Shown here: one piece after another, positions 12,950-26,372 of the stretch
Layout: every line of letters begins with the position of its first letter
Position numbering within the stretch: position 1 is the first letter of the stretch
Assembly: GCA_937871685.1 (NCBI GenBank)
Contig: CALMOL010000128.1
Span: 1-40,593, forward strand
Source: an uncultured Verrucomicrobiota bacterium
GTDB lineage: Bacteria; Verrucomicrobiota; Verrucomicrobiia; Chthoniobacterales; SZAS-18
Reading direction: 5' to 3'
Length of the DNA: 40,593 bases
Position numbers and translations under genes: made by a program
The notes under the pieces: model-generated
What the model was told of the DNA's origin: nothing
Seen by the model: the letters and a program-made list of their open reading frames with translations, nothing else
Databases searched by the model: none

Positions 12950-14305
12950 CTACGCCGTCGCTCGCGGAACCCGCAGGCGAAACTCCGTCCCGGCGGCGTC
13001 CGAGCGCACCAGCGCGACCTCCCCGCCGTGCGCGAGGGCCAGCTCACGCGCGATGCTCAGGCCTAGGCCATGGCCGGAGGTAGCCTGGTCCGTCCGGACG
13101 CGATAGAATCGGTCGAAGATGCGCGACACCGCCTCGGGCGGGATAGGCGCGCCGGTGTTTGCCACGGTGACCTCCACCTCGCCCGTGGACGTCTGGGCGG
13201 CGAGCCGGACCGTGCCGCCGGCATCGCCGTATTTGACCGCGTTCTCCATCAGATTCTGGAGAATCATCGCCATCGCCGAGCGGTCCGCGCGCAATGGGAG
13301 GCTTGCCGGCAGGGTCCACCGGACGGTCAGCCCGCGCGGCTCGGCGAGCACGTGCGCGTCGTCGAGCACGCCGTCCAGCACTTCCCGCAGGTCGAACTCC
13401 TCGCGCTGCAGGTCCAGCCGACCCGCGTCGGCCCGCGCCAGCAGCAGGAGATTCTCCGAGATGGAGGTGAGCTGGCGGACTTGCTGGAGGAGCGCTTCCG
13501 CGCGGGCCGCCTGCCGCGGCGGGGTCTGCGGGTCGGTCAGGATTTCCTCGATGCCCGCGCGCAGCACGGCGATCGGGGTCTTGAGCTGGTGCGACGCGTC
13601 GGTCGAGAATCGCTTCGCCTGCTCGAAGGAGCGCTGGAGGCGGTCGAACGCCGTGTTCAGCACCGTGATCAGCCCCGCGATCTCGTCGCGCGTCGGCGGC
13701 ACCGGCAGGCGCGCGTCCAGGTTTTGCGGCGAGATGTTTCCGGCGGCCTGGCGGATCGCCTCCACGGGCGCCAGCGAACGGCGCGCGACCCACCGCGCGC
13801 CGAGGACGGAGACCACGAGCACCGTGGGGATCGCGAAGATCATGCCCATCAGGATGTCGCGGCCGATCTGGTTGATCTCGCTCAGGTCCACGCCCACGCG
13901 CAGGCGCAGCCCGTTCTCGGCGAACTCGCCCATCCGCACGGAGCGGCCGCCGATGGAGCGCGTGTGGAACTCGCGGACGCCGTCGTCCGCGACTGGGCCG
14001 GGCAGATTGGGGGAAAGATAAAGCACCACGCCGTCCTCCCCGCGCACCTCGACGAGGCGGTCCCGCAGCGCGAGCGGCATGAAGTCCGCCGGGAGGGAGC
14101 GGCGGTTCTGGGTCGGGCCGCCCTCGAAGTTCTCCACGTCGCGGAACAGTTCGCGCGCGTCCATCTCCAGCCGGCGGTCGAACGCGGCGACCTGCGCGCG
14201 GCGCATGAAGATCCACGTCGTCGCGGCGCCCGCGAGCGTGGCGACGACGGCGAGCGTGGCCGCGTAGAGCGCGACCTTCCAGCGCAGCGGCCAGCGCGTC
14301 ATCAT
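12950..14305 (-). CDS. sensor histidine kinase
   Basis: TM-HAMP-HisKA (FSTDASHQLKTPIA) and HATPase (NLMENAVKYG...GHGLGLSIAREL). The ATG at 14305 overlaps the response-regulator stop (ATGA). Confidence 0.85.
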   Translation of the reverse strand: MMTRWPLRWKVALYAATLAVVATLAGAATTWIFMRRAQVAAFDRRLEMDARELFRDVENFEGGPTQNRRSLPADFMPLALRDRLVEVRGEDGVVLYLSPNLPGPVADDGVREFHTRSIGGRSVRMGEFAENGLRLRVGVDLSEINQIGRDILMGMIFAIPTVLVVSVLGARWVARRSLAPVEAIRQAAGNISPQNLDARLPVPPTRDEIAGLITVLNTAFDRLQRSFEQAKRFSTDASHQLKTPIAVLRAGIEEILTDPQTPPRQAARAEALLQQVRQLTSISENLLLLARADAGRLDLQREEFDLREVLDGVLDDAHVLAEPRGLTVRWTLPASLPLRADRSAMAMILQNLMENAVKYGDAGGTVRLAAQTSTGEVEVTVANTGAPIPPEAVSRIFDRFYRVRTDQATSGHGLGLSIARELALAHGGEVALVRSDAAGTEFRLRVPRATA

Positions 14306-14964
14306 GGCTCGCGCACGGTGTAGCCGAGGTGGCGCACGGTGTGGATGAGCGGCGGATCGGCGATCTTCTTCCGCAGCCGCCCGATGAAGACCTCGACGAG
14401 CTTCGTGTCGTATTCGTGCTCCCGCTCCCACACCCGCTCGCACAGCTCGGTGCGGGTGAAGATGCGTCCCGGCTCGCGCATCAGCACCTTGAGCAGCGCC
14501 CGCTCGCGCGAGGAAAGGTCGAGCACGCGCTCGCCGCGACGCACCTCCTGGCTGGCCAGATGGAGGCGGAGGTCGCCGACCTGCAGCGCCTGCGCGGGCG
14601 CCTCCGGGTAGCGGCGGCCGAGCGCGCGCACCCGCGCCAGCAGCTCCTGCATGGCGAAGGGCTTCGGCAGGTAATCGTCCGCGCCGAGTTGCAGGCCCGT
14701 GACGCGGTCCTGGATCTCGCCGCGCGCCGTGAGCATCAGCACGCGGGACGAAATCCCCCGCTCGCGCAGCCGGCGCAGCACCTCGAAGCCGTCGAGGCCG
14801 GGCAGCATCACGTCGAGCAGGATCAGGTCGAAGGCGACCCTCTCCGCCGCGGCCACCGCCGCGGGGCCGTCGGACACGGTTTCCGAGTCGTGCCCCGCCT
14901 CGGTCAGCGCCGTGGCGACATGCCGGGCGAGCGACGCTTCGTCTTCGACGATCAGGATGCGCAT
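14302..14964 (-). CDS. OmpR-family response regulator
   Basis: MRILIVEDE...DLILLDVMLPGLDG receiver domain plus a winged-helix C-terminus (RLRKKI...IHTVRHLGY). Only the last 220 codons of the 598-aa ORF are used. Confidence 0.9.
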   Translation of the reverse strand: MRILIVEDEASLARHVATALTEAGHDSETVSDGPAAVAAAERVAFDLILLDVMLPGLDGFEVLRRLRERGISSRVLMLTARGEIQDRVTGLQLGADDYLPKPFAMQELLARVRALGRRYPEAPAQALQVGDLRLHLASQEVRRGERVLDLSSRERALLKVLMREPGRIFTRTELCERVWEREHEYDTKLVEVFIGRLRKKIADPPLIHTVRHLGYTVREP

Positions 14965-15102
14965 CGGTCTGGGGGGAAAGCCACCGTGCCGCCGCGAGGC
15001 GGGCGCACAAGCAGGTTTCAACGGCCAGCCCCGCGGCAAGGTAACGGCGGCGTTACCTTTCGCGGTTCGACGGCCGGGCGGCGCGTGGGATGAATCGCCG
15101 CC

Positions 15103-15915
15103 ATGAAAAAACTCCTGTTCCCCTCGTTGAGCGCACTCGCCTTGCTGATCGCGCCCGCCATCCTCCCGGCCGGCATCCAAGACCGGCTCTACGACTTCAC
15201 CGACGCCTATTACTTCCAAAACGGCGTCAACCCCGCCGCCATCGACGGCCGCCGCCAGCCCGGCCCGCTCGCCGCCAGCGACACGCCCAACTTCGGCTAC
15301 CAGCGCCCCGTCCGCGCGCTGCTCACGCTCCCGGCTTACGACCACAGCGGCAACGCGTGGTATTTCACCGTGCTCGGCGGCCTGAATGCGGACGCCTTCA
15401 CTCCCAACGCGGCCGGGCAGAACGCGCGCCAGGTCGCGGACCGCTCGAAGGAATACATCTTCCCGCGCCAGGGAACGGATCCCATCGGGCTCGGCGCCTT
15501 CCGCCAGTCCGTGGTGCTCGACATGCGCGGCGGCTACTTCTCCAATAATCCGCTCGGCCTCTGGCTCCACACTTGGGTGAGCTATACCTCCAAGGCCCTG
15601 AACACGGCTGACGGGATCAAGGTCCTCAACGACCTGGCAAAGAAGAACGGGCGCGACCTCGACGGCACGCCGATCCTCAACTCCGCGAGCGACATCGAGA
15701 ACCTGACCCAGAACGGCTACGTCACCCAGACCAACCGGCCGCCGAGCGACCCGCTGCGTTACGCGATCTGCCCGGTGATCAAGGACCCGCGCGACGGCGG
15801 CATCGCGCGGGACCAGTTCCTGGCCATCACGCGCAAGGCGGACGGCACCCCCCTTGAAGCCGGTTTCCTCGAGAATTTTAACAGCCTCCAGTCCACCGGC
15901 CGGCCGGTGCGTTGA
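15103..15915 (+). CDS. secreted hypothetical protein
   Basis: Signal peptide MKKLLFPSLSALALLIAPAILPAG; 270 aa; divergent from the two-component operon. Confidence 0.6.
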   Translation: MKKLLFPSLSALALLIAPAILPAGIQDRLYDFTDAYYFQNGVNPAAIDGRRQPGPLAASDTPNFGYQRPVRALLTLPAYDHSGNAWYFTVLGGLNADAFTPNAAGQNARQVADRSKEYIFPRQGTDPIGLGAFRQSVVLDMRGGYFSNNPLGLWLHTWVSYTSKALNTADGIKVLNDLAKKNGRDLDGTPILNSASDIENLTQNGYVTQTNRPPSDPLRYAICPVIKDPRDGGIARDQFLAITRKADGTPLEAGFLENFNSLQSTGRPVR

Positions 15916-15970
15916 GCGAGGGCTTCTTCTAGAGCATTTCCGATCCGACTTGTCGCGCTCGCGGGCGGCG

Positions 15971-16118
15971 GTTTGCGGAAGGTCGGACGCAAGGTGGAGT
16001 GCGGTGGCAAGCCTAAGCGCGACACCGCTTTCGATTCCATAGCCGCGCCTTCGTGCCAAGGCGGTGTCGCGCTTAGGCTTGCCACCGCACTCCAACACGT
16101 CGGTGCCCTCGCGTAAGC
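15971..16118. repeat. dispersed palindromic repeat, GGAGTGCGGTGGCAAGC family, copy 2
   Basis: Arms ggagtgcggtggcaagcctaagcgcgacaccgc and gcggtgtcgcgcttaggcttgccaccgcactcc, with complementary outer tails ttgcggaaggtcggacg / cgtcggtgccctcgcgtaa. Confidence 0.7.
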
Positions 16119-16339
16119 TGCCGTGACCAAAGGCGACTACCTGGATCGAAATGGTCTAGCCGCGACTGGCGGGTGCTCACCAAGGTTGCCGGCTGGGACG
16201 ATCAGAGCGCGGCCCGCTCTTCGCTCCGCATCATTCGTCCTGGACGGGCGTCAGCCTTGCAACTTCGGGTTTCGCCGCCGCTCCCAGGAGGAAGTCGGCG
16301 GCGGGCCTGAGGTTGGGTTGTGAGTGAACCAGACTTGGC

Positions 16340-16850
16340 CTGGACGGGTCATTCGCATGAGGCATTCGGGTCATGCCCATGGCAGGGGGCGGTCCTTCGC
16401 CTGACCCCAGCTACCCCTGTGCAAGGCCCAGGTAGGTCATGCGCATGACCCGGTTGGGTCCTGCGCATGGCCGGGTGCGGTCATGCGAGTGGCTCCCGAG
16501 GCCAGGCGCATGACCTTCCATGCCTTGCGCATGACCCGGTGAGGTCATGCGCATGGGACATTTGGTCCTGCGCATGACCTTCCAAGCCCTGCGCAGGACC
16601 CCTTGGGGTCATGCGCAGGCCTCGTTGTGCCAAGTGCATGGCACGACGAGCCAAGCGCCTGACCCTCGGAGGTCAGGCGCAGGGCTTGGTTTGGCATTCG
16701 CCTGACCCGCCGGGTCAGGCGCATGGGTCAATTAGTCAGACGCATGGCACTACCCGGTCAGGCGCAGGGCAGGAAGGGGTCATCCGCCTGGCACGAAACG
16801 CCAAGCGCATGGCTGGGGAGGGCATTCGCCTGGTCCATGGGGGCCGCGCA
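16340..16850. repeat. degenerate tandem array, about 21-bp period, core GGTCATGCGCATGACC
   Basis: About 23 successive copies of YGCGCA(T/G)G(A/G)CC-like cores spaced 19-25 nt apart (mostly 21). The best copies form the perfect 16-bp palindrome ggtcatgcgcatgacc. Confidence 0.7.
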
Positions 16851-16922
16851 GAAGCTCGTGAGCCATCGGGCTCAGCCACTTGGACAGGGGCGGAGCCTCC
16901 CGGGTTGACCAGAAGGGGGATG

Positions 16923-18305
16923 CTACCTCCGCGTTTTCTGCTTGAGGCGAGCCTGCCATTTCACCAGTTCTCGGCGCACGTTCGCGGGCGAGGGCGCGCC
17001 GGGCGCGCGGCGGGCGGCGAGGGAGCGCGGCACGGAGAAGAGCTTGCGCGCCGAGACCGCATCGAGCGAGGCGTGCGCGGCGGGCCATTCCTCATCCGGC
17101 AGGCGGTCGAGCGGAGTCTTGAGTTTCTCCGCGCGCGCCACGAGGCGGCCGGTGATCTCGTGGGCCTGCCGGAAGGGCACGCCGGCGCGCACGAGATGAT
17201 CGGCGAGGTCCGTGGCGAGCAGCAGCGGGTCGGCAGCGGCGGCGGCCATGCGCGCTTCGTTGGCGCGAGCCTCCCCGAGCATCGCGGCGAAGACTTGAAG
17301 GGCCGCGCGCACCGTGTCGGCGGCGTCGAACACGCGCTCCTTGTCTTCCTGCAGGTCACGGTTGTAGGTCATCGGCAGGCCCTTGAGCGTGGTGAGCACG
17401 GCGAAGAGGTCACCGTAGAGCCGGCCGGTCTTGCCGCGGGTCAATTCGGCCACGTCGGGGTTCTTCTTCTGCGGCATCAGCGAGGAACCGGTGGTGAAGG
17501 CGTCGCTCAGCTTGAGGAACCCAAACTCGCTCGTCGCCCACAGGATTACGTCCTCCGAGAGGCGGGAGAGGTGCATCCCGATCATCGCGGCGGCGTAGAG
17601 GAAGTCGCAGGCGAAGTCGCGGTCGCTGACCGCGTCCATCGAGTTGGCGCTCACGCGGGCGAAGCCGAGGCGCTTGGCGACGAGGCGACGGTCGAGCACG
17701 AGCGTGGAGCCGGCGATGGCCCCGGAGCCGAGCGGCATCACGTCGAGGCGGCGGGAGCACTCGCCGAGGCGATCGTGGTCGCGCTCGAGCATCTCGACGT
17801 AGGCGAGAAGGTGGTGCGCGAAAAGGACCGGCTGCGCGCGCTGGAGGTGCGTGTAGCCGGGCATCACCGCATCGGGATGCCGGCCGGCGAGGCCGACGAG
17901 CGCCGTCTGGAGCCCGCGCACGGCGTCTTGGGCGGCCGCGCATTCGTCCCGCAGCCACAGGCGGAGGTCGAGAGCCACCTGGTCATTGCGCGAGCGGGCG
18001 GTGTGGAGCTTCGCTCCCGGCGCCCCGATGCGGCGGGTCAGCTCGGCCTCCAGGTTCATGTGGACGTCCTCCAGGTCCTCGCGCCACTCGAAGCGACCGG
18101 CCTCGATGTCGGCCGTGATCTCGTCCATGCCCTGGTTGATCGCGCGCTCCTCGGCCGCCGTGAGGAAGCCGGCCGCGCGCAGGGCCGCGGCGTGCGCGCG
18201 GGAGCCTTGGAGGTCATGCCGCCACAGGCGGCGGTCGAAGGACACCGACTCGGAATATCGGCGCAGGAGATCGTGCGTGGGTTCTTGGAAGCGGCCGGTC
18301 CACAT
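16923..18305 (-). CDS. argH: argininosuccinate lyase
   Basis: MWTGRFQEP..., GYTHLQRAQP, and the fumarate-lyase signature GSSLMPQKKNPD. The ATG is at 18305. Confidence 0.93.
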   Translation of the reverse strand: MWTGRFQEPTHDLLRRYSESVSFDRRLWRHDLQGSRAHAAALRAAGFLTAAEERAINQGMDEITADIEAGRFEWREDLEDVHMNLEAELTRRIGAPGAKLHTARSRNDQVALDLRLWLRDECAAAQDAVRGLQTALVGLAGRHPDAVMPGYTHLQRAQPVLFAHHLLAYVEMLERDHDRLGECSRRLDVMPLGSGAIAGSTLVLDRRLVAKRLGFARVSANSMDAVSDRDFACDFLYAAAMIGMHLSRLSEDVILWATSEFGFLKLSDAFTTGSSLMPQKKNPDVAELTRGKTGRLYGDLFAVLTTLKGLPMTYNRDLQEDKERVFDAADTVRAALQVFAAMLGEARANEARMAAAAADPLLLATDLADHLVRAGVPFRQAHEITGRLVARAEKLKTPLDRLPDEEWPAAHASLDAVSARKLFSVPRSLAARRAPGAPSPANVRRELVKWQARLKQKTRR

Positions 18306-18319
18306 GGGGAGGGAAGTTC

Positions 18320-20774
<2,455 letters not shown>

Positions 20775-20782
20775 ACCGCGGC

Positions 20783-20934
20783 GAGAAACTCGAAACTCGA
20801 AGTCCGAAACTCGAAACAAGCTCCGGAAGGAGGAAGCCCCGAAAGCCGCATCGCGCGCGGCTGGGGAAGGCTTTCGGCGCTTGCCGTTCTTTTCGGCGCT
20901 TGTTTCGAGTTTCGAACTTCGAGTTTCGAGTTTC
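20783..20934. repeat. heptamer-repeat hairpin element (TCGAAAC arms) between convergent genes
   Basis: gagaaactcgaaactcgaagtccgaaactcgaaacaagc versus gcttgtttcgagtttcgaacttcgagtttcgagtttc. Confidence 0.75.
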
Positions 20935-20951
20935 CGCGCGTCCCGCGCGGC

Positions 20952-21854
20952 TCAGTCTGTCAGCCGCTGCGTGAGGCCGGCGTAGGCGTCGATGCGGCGG
21001 TCGCGCAGGAAGGGCCAGTGGGTGCGCTGTTCCTCGACGCGGCGGGGCTCGATCTCGGCGAGGAGGATTTCCTCGTCGTCGGAGCCGGCCTTGGCGATGA
21101 GGGTGCCGCTGGGGTCGGCGATGAAGGATTGGCCCCAAAACTGGATGCCGGCGCCGCCGGCCGGGTTCTCGTGGCCGACGCGGTTGGGGACGACGACGTA
21201 GCAGCCATTGGCGATGGCGTGGCCGCGCTGGATCGTTTCCCAGGACCCATGCTGGGCGTGGCCGTATTGGTCCTTTTCGCCGGGGTGCCAGCCGATGGCG
21301 GTGGGGAAGAAGAGTGTTTCCGCGCCGGCCATGGCGGTGAGGCGGGCGGACTCGGGGAACCATTGGTCCCAACAGACGCAGACGCCGATGGGGCCGCGCT
21401 CGGTGGACCAGGAGCGGAAGCCGAGGTCGCCGGGGGTGAAGTAGAATTTCTCGTAGAAGAGGGGGTCATCCGGGATGTGCATCTTGCGGTAGCGGCCGAG
21501 CATGGCGCCGGTGGCGTCGAAGATGACGGCGGTGTTGTGGTAGAGGCCGGCCGCGCGGCGCTCGAAGAGGGAGGCGACGAGGACGATGTCGAGTTCCTTG
21601 GCGAGCTTGCCGAGGCGCTTGGTGGTGGGGCCGGGGATGGTGTCGGCGAGCGCGAAATATTTGTGGTCCTCTTCCTGGCAGAAGTAGAGAGAGCGGTAGA
21701 GCTCGGGGAGGCAGACGACGTTGGCGCCCTGCTTGGCGGCGTCGCGGAAGTGCTTCTCGGCGGCGCGCTGGTTCTTGTCCGGGTCTTCGACCATGCGCAT
21801 CTGGATGGCGGCAACGACGGTCTTGGAGTTCTTCGAGTGGGCGCGGCGGGGCAT
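20952..21854 (-). CDS. aguB: N-carbamoylputrescine amidase-like carbon-nitrogen hydrolase
   Basis: CLPELY..YFC, YRKMHIPDDPLFYEKFYFTPGD, CWDQWFPE, WPFLRDRRIDAY. Confidence 0.8.
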   Translation of the reverse strand: MPRRAHSKNSKTVVAAIQMRMVEDPDKNQRAAEKHFRDAAKQGANVVCLPELYRSLYFCQEEDHKYFALADTIPGPTTKRLGKLAKELDIVLVASLFERRAAGLYHNTAVIFDATGAMLGRYRKMHIPDDPLFYEKFYFTPGDLGFRSWSTERGPIGVCVCWDQWFPESARLTAMAGAETLFFPTAIGWHPGEKDQYGHAQHGSWETIQRGHAIANGCYVVVPNRVGHENPAGGAGIQFWGQSFIADPSGTLIAKAGSDDEEILLAEIEPRRVEEQRTHWPFLRDRRIDAYAGLTQRLTD

Positions 21855-21861
21855 GGGGAGG

Positions 21862-21998
21862 GAAGCTTCGAGCTTCAAGCCTCAAGCTTCAAGGAAGGAC
21901 GGAAAGGAGGGAAAAGACGAAAGGATGACGCGGACGCCGGTCTTTCCACCTTGTGACTTCCCCCTTCCTTGAAGCTTGGCACTCGAAGCTTGAAGCTT
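21862..21998. repeat. heptamer-repeat hairpin element (CAAGCTT arms), second copy, divergent intergenic region
   Basis: gaagcttcgagcttcaagcctcaagcttcaaggaagg versus ccttccttgaagcttggcactcgaagcttgaagctt. Confidence 0.75.
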
Positions 21999-22007
21999 TT
22001 CCCACCT

Positions 22008-22664
<657 letters not shown>

Positions 22665-22680
22665 TCTTTGCTGCTTTCGA

Positions 22681-22716
22681 AGGCGGCCTCGCCCGTGGGG
22701 TGGGGCCGCCTTTTTC
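22681..22716 (+). terminator. rho-independent terminator
   Basis: 8-bp stem AGGCGGCC/GGCCGCCT followed by TTTT. Confidence 0.7.
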
Positions 22717-22962
22717 CATTTCCCCGGCCAGCCGGTTCCGGGCCGCGGGCTCCCGATCTCCAGATGCGGGCTTGCCCGGAAAGTTTCGGGCAAAAAAATT
22801 TCGGGCCGCGCACGCTGAGGAATCTCACGAACCAGCGTGCGCGGACCCGAATCACCTTAACCTGATACATTCGACCAGCGCCAAAGGCCGACGTTCAAAG
22901 CTCGTTGGAATTTTTTTGCGGACGGGCCGCGCCTTCTGGGTGGAGGGCGTTATCATCCCGCG

Positions 22963-24309
22963 ATGCCCCCCGTCCTCGCCCTTGAATCCGTCGCCCGCCG
23001 GGTGGTGGAGCGGCTCCGCGCCGGGGGACACACGGCCTACTACGCTGGCGGCTGCGTGCGGGACGCTCTCCTGGGCGGTGAGCCCAAGGATTATGACATC
23101 GCCACGGATGCCCACCCAGAGCAGGTGCAGGCGCTGTTTCCGCGCCACGAGGCGGTGGGCGCGCACTTCGGCGTGATCCTCGTAAAGGAGGCGGGGCAGC
23201 AATTGGAAGTCGCCACTTTCCGCGCGGATGGCACCTACCTCGACGGCCGGCGCCCGGAGAGCGTCCATTTCACCACGGCCGAGGAGGACGCCGCCCGGCG
23301 CGACTTCACCGTGAACGGAATGTTCCTCGACCCGCTGGCGGATGAGGGTCGGGGGCGCGTGCTCGACTTCGTCGGGGGCCGGGCGGATCTCGACGCGAAG
23401 GTCATCCGCGCCATCGGCGACCCGGCGGCGCGCTTCGCGGAGGACCGCCTGCGTCTGCTGCGCGCGGTGCGCTTCGCGGCGCGGCTGGGCTTCGAGATCG
23501 AGCCAGCCACGCTGTCCGCCATCCAGGCGGTGGCGCCAGAGATCCGCGTGGTATCGCCCGAGCGCATCCGCGAAGAATTGGTGCGCATCTTCACCGCGCC
23601 CACGCGCGTCGCCGGATGGGACTGGCTCGACCGCTCCGGCCTCATGCGCGAGGTCCTGCCCGAATTGGAAACGCTCAAGGGCGTGGAGCAGCCGCCGCAG
23701 TTTCACCCCGAGGGCGACGTCTTCGTCCACACGCGCCTCGTCCTCTCGCACCTGCCGCCGGAGAAAGTGAGCGTGCCGCTGGCCTTCGGCGCGCTGCTCC
23801 ACGACATCGGCAAGCCCGGCACGATGACGGTGCATCCCGAGGAGGACGGCCGCATCCGCTTCTCCGGTCACGAGCACGTCGGCGCGATCATGGCCGAGCG
23901 CGTGATGCGGCGGCTGCGCTTCTCCAACGAGGAGATCGAGCGCACCGTGGAGGCCGTGCGGATGCACATGGCCTTCAAGGACGTGCCGCGCATGCGCACC
24001 GCGAAGCTCAAGCGCTTCATGGCGCGGCCTGGCTTCGGGGACGAGCTCGCGCTGCACCGCGCCGATTGCCTCGGCTCGCACGCGATGCTCGACAACCACG
24101 CCTTCCTGCTCGCCAAGGAGGAGGAATTCGCCAACGCGCCGCTGATCCCCACGCCCCTCGTGAACGGCGGCGACCTCATCGCGCTCGGCTGGAAGCCGGG
24201 GCCCAAGTTCAAGGAGGTGCTGGAAGCCGCGCTGAACCGGCAGCTCGAAGGCGGCTTTGCTGGCCGCGAGGACGCCCTGGCTTGGCTGCGGGGGCAAAGT
24301 GAGAAGTGA
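22963..24309 (+). CDS. cca: CCA-adding enzyme / poly(A) polymerase family tRNA nucleotidyltransferase with HD domain
   Basis: GGCVRDALLGGEPKDYDIAT, RDFTVNGM, and the HD region LLHDIGKP. Confidence 0.85.
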   Translation: MPPVLALESVARRVVERLRAGGHTAYYAGGCVRDALLGGEPKDYDIATDAHPEQVQALFPRHEAVGAHFGVILVKEAGQQLEVATFRADGTYLDGRRPESVHFTTAEEDAARRDFTVNGMFLDPLADEGRGRVLDFVGGRADLDAKVIRAIGDPAARFAEDRLRLLRAVRFAARLGFEIEPATLSAIQAVAPEIRVVSPERIREELVRIFTAPTRVAGWDWLDRSGLMREVLPELETLKGVEQPPQFHPEGDVFVHTRLVLSHLPPEKVSVPLAFGALLHDIGKPGTMTVHPEEDGRIRFSGHEHVGAIMAERVMRRLRFSNEEIERTVEAVRMHMAFKDVPRMRTAKLKRFMARPGFGDELALHRADCLGSHAMLDNHAFLLAKEEEFANAPLIPTPLVNGGDLIALGWKPGPKFKEVLEAALNRQLEGGFAGREDALAWLRGQSEK

Positions 24310-24449
24310 TCGGTGAGAGGTGAGAAGTGGCCCGAGGCGCCCGACCTGGATGGACGCGGCGCCCCAAGGCGGTTCCGTAGGTCGGCCGACGCGGCACCGT
24401 TTTGTTGCGTTCGCCCCCCACTTCTCACCGCTCACTTCTCACCTCTCAC
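24299..24449. repeat. heptamer-repeat hairpin element (GTGAGAA arms)
   Basis: gtgagaagtgatcggtgagaggtgagaagtgg versus ccacttctcaccgctcacttctcacctctcac. The left arm contains the cca stop codon. Confidence 0.75.
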
Positions 24450-24513
24450 CTTTCCCTACCGCCGGCTGCCTTTTCGATTCCCAAGCGGCCCTTCCTCTCC
24501 TTATCCTCCGCCC

Positions 24514-26130
24514 ATGTCCACCGACCCCGCCCCGTCCCCCGCGCAGCTCTGGCAGCGTTTTCAAAAGCATTTCCTGACCCTCGGCACCACCGGGATCACG
24601 CTCGACGTGAGCCGGATGCGCTTTCCGGATGACTTCCTGGATCGCATGGCCGAACCGGCCCAGCGCGCCTTCGCGGCGATGCGCGACCTGGAGGCCGGCG
24701 GCATCGCGAATCCCGACGAGAAGCGCATGGTCGGCCACTACTGGCTGCGCGACGCGGCCCTCGCCCCCGCGCCGGCCGAGCGCGACGCCGTCGAGAAGAC
24801 CAACGCGAAGATCCGCGAGTTCGTCGAGGGCGTTCATTCCGGCAAGATCGCCCCGCCCGGCGGCGGGAAGTTCAAGCGCGTGCTCGTGATCGGCATCGGC
24901 GGCTCCGCGCTCGGACCGCAGTTCATCGCCGACGCCCTCGGCCAGGACGGGGCCGACAAGATGATCCCGCACTTCCTCGACAACACGGACCCCGCGGGCT
25001 TCGACCGCGTCCTCGGCGCGCAGCTTACCGGCAAGCTCGGAGAGACGCTCACCGTGGTCATCTCCAAGTCCGGCGGCACCAAGGAAACGCGCAACGGCAT
25101 GCTCGAGGCCGCCGCCGCCTACGAGCGCGCGGGGCTGAAATTCCCCGCCTTCGCGGTGGCCGTCACCGGCGACGGCTCCGAGCTGGACAAGCACGCCATC
25201 GCCCAAGGCTGGCTGGCGCGCTTCCCGATGTATGACTGGGTGGGCGGCCGCACCAGCGTGATGAGCGCGGTGGGCCTGCTGCCGATGGCGCTGCAAGGCG
25301 TGGACTTCGATGCGCTGCTCGCCGGCGCGAAGACGATGGATGCCCACACGCGCACGCCGGACGCGCCGAAGAACGGCGCCATGATGCTCGCCCTCATGTG
25401 GCATTTCGCCGGCGGCGGCCGCGGCGCGAAGGACATGGTCGTCCTGCCCTACAAGGACCGCCTCACGCTCTTCTCCAAGTATCTCCAGCAGCTCGTGATG
25501 GAATCGCTCGGCAAGGAGCGCGACCTTGAGGGCAAGGTCGTCCACCAGGGCATCGCCGTTTACGGCAACAAGGGCTCCACCGACCAGCACGCCTACGTGC
25601 AGCAGCTCCGCGACGGCGTGAACAACTTCTTCGCCACCCTCATCGAGGTTCGGCGCGCCCGGAGCGGCGCGGGCATCGAGGTGGAGCCGGGCGTGGCGAG
25701 CGGCGACTACCTCCAGGGCTTCCTGCGCGGCACGCGCACGGCGCTCTACGAGAACGAGCGCGACACCATCACGCTCTCGCTGCCCGAGGTCTCGCCCACC
25801 ACGGTCGGTGCGTTGATCGCCCTCTACGAGCGCGCGGTCGGCTACTACGGCTCGCTCGTCGGGATCAACGCCTACCACCAGCCCGGCGTCGAGGCCGGCA
25901 AGAAGGCCGCCACGCGCCTGCTCAAGCTCCAGGCCGACGTCAGCGCCGACTTGGAGAAGCACCGCGGCGAGACGGCCAGCGCGGAAGAAATCGCCCGCCG
26001 CATCGGGGCCGACGCCGAGGACGTGTATCACGTCCTCACCCATCTCGCCGCCAACCGCGCCGGTGTCCGCCACGAGGTGGGCGATGGTCCCGCGGCGGCG
26101 AAGTTTGGTCTCGCCGAGAAGCGCGGCTGA
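24514..26130 (+). CDS. pgi: glucose-6-phosphate isomerase
   Basis: 538 aa with [23 protein letters not shown] and other PGI family motifs. The ATG is at 24514. Confidence 0.9.
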   Translation: MSTDPAPSPAQLWQRFQKHFLTLGTTGITLDVSRMRFPDDFLDRMAEPAQRAFAAMRDLEAGGIANPDEKRMVGHYWLRDAALAPAPAERDAVEKTNAKIREFVEGVHSGKIAPPGGGKFKRVLVIGIGGSALGPQFIADALGQDGADKMIPHFLDNTDPAGFDRVLGAQLTGKLGETLTVVISKSGGTKETRNGMLEAAAAYERAGLKFPAFAVAVTGDGSELDKHAIAQGWLARFPMYDWVGGRTSVMSAVGLLPMALQGVDFDALLAGAKTMDAHTRTPDAPKNGAMMLALMWHFAGGGRGAKDMVVLPYKDRLTLFSKYLQQLVMESLGKERDLEGKVVHQGIAVYGNKGSTDQHAYVQQLRDGVNNFFATLIEVRRARSGAGIEVEPGVASGDYLQGFLRGTRTALYENERDTITLSLPEVSPTTVGALIALYERAVGYYGSLVGINAYHQPGVEAGKKAATRLLKLQADVSADLEKHRGETASAEEIARRIGADAEDVYHVLTHLAANRAGVRHEVGDGPAAAKFGLAEKRG

Positions 26131-26372
26131 GCGTTTGGCTTGGCGGTTGGGGGCTCAGCCGGCGCAAGACGTTTTGCACAATGCCCGGAGCGAAAATCTC
26201 GCTCCGTGCAAAACGCTCTTCGCGCCAGAAGAAAACCAACGCCGCTGGCTTCGGAAAACCCGTTTCCCAGAAGCGAAGGCCGACAGGACAAGTGGGCATG
26301 CGCCCTGCATGGAGTTCTGCCGAATGCCGGCGCGTGCCGGTCCAGAGCCCAAACCTGAAATTCCAGACCGCC

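Noticed and set aside
12950-15010. 686-aa histidine kinase ORF and the 598-aa ORF 14302..16098
   Set aside because: Only the C-terminal parts are real: the HK from ATG 14305 and the RR from ATG 14964. The N-terminal extensions are out-of-frame read-through of neighbouring genes and repeats.
16340-16850. CRISPR array
   Set aside because: The period is only about 21 bp with no unique spacers of 25-40 nt, and the repeats are degenerate. No cas genes are in the window. The same reasoning applies to 30065-30432.
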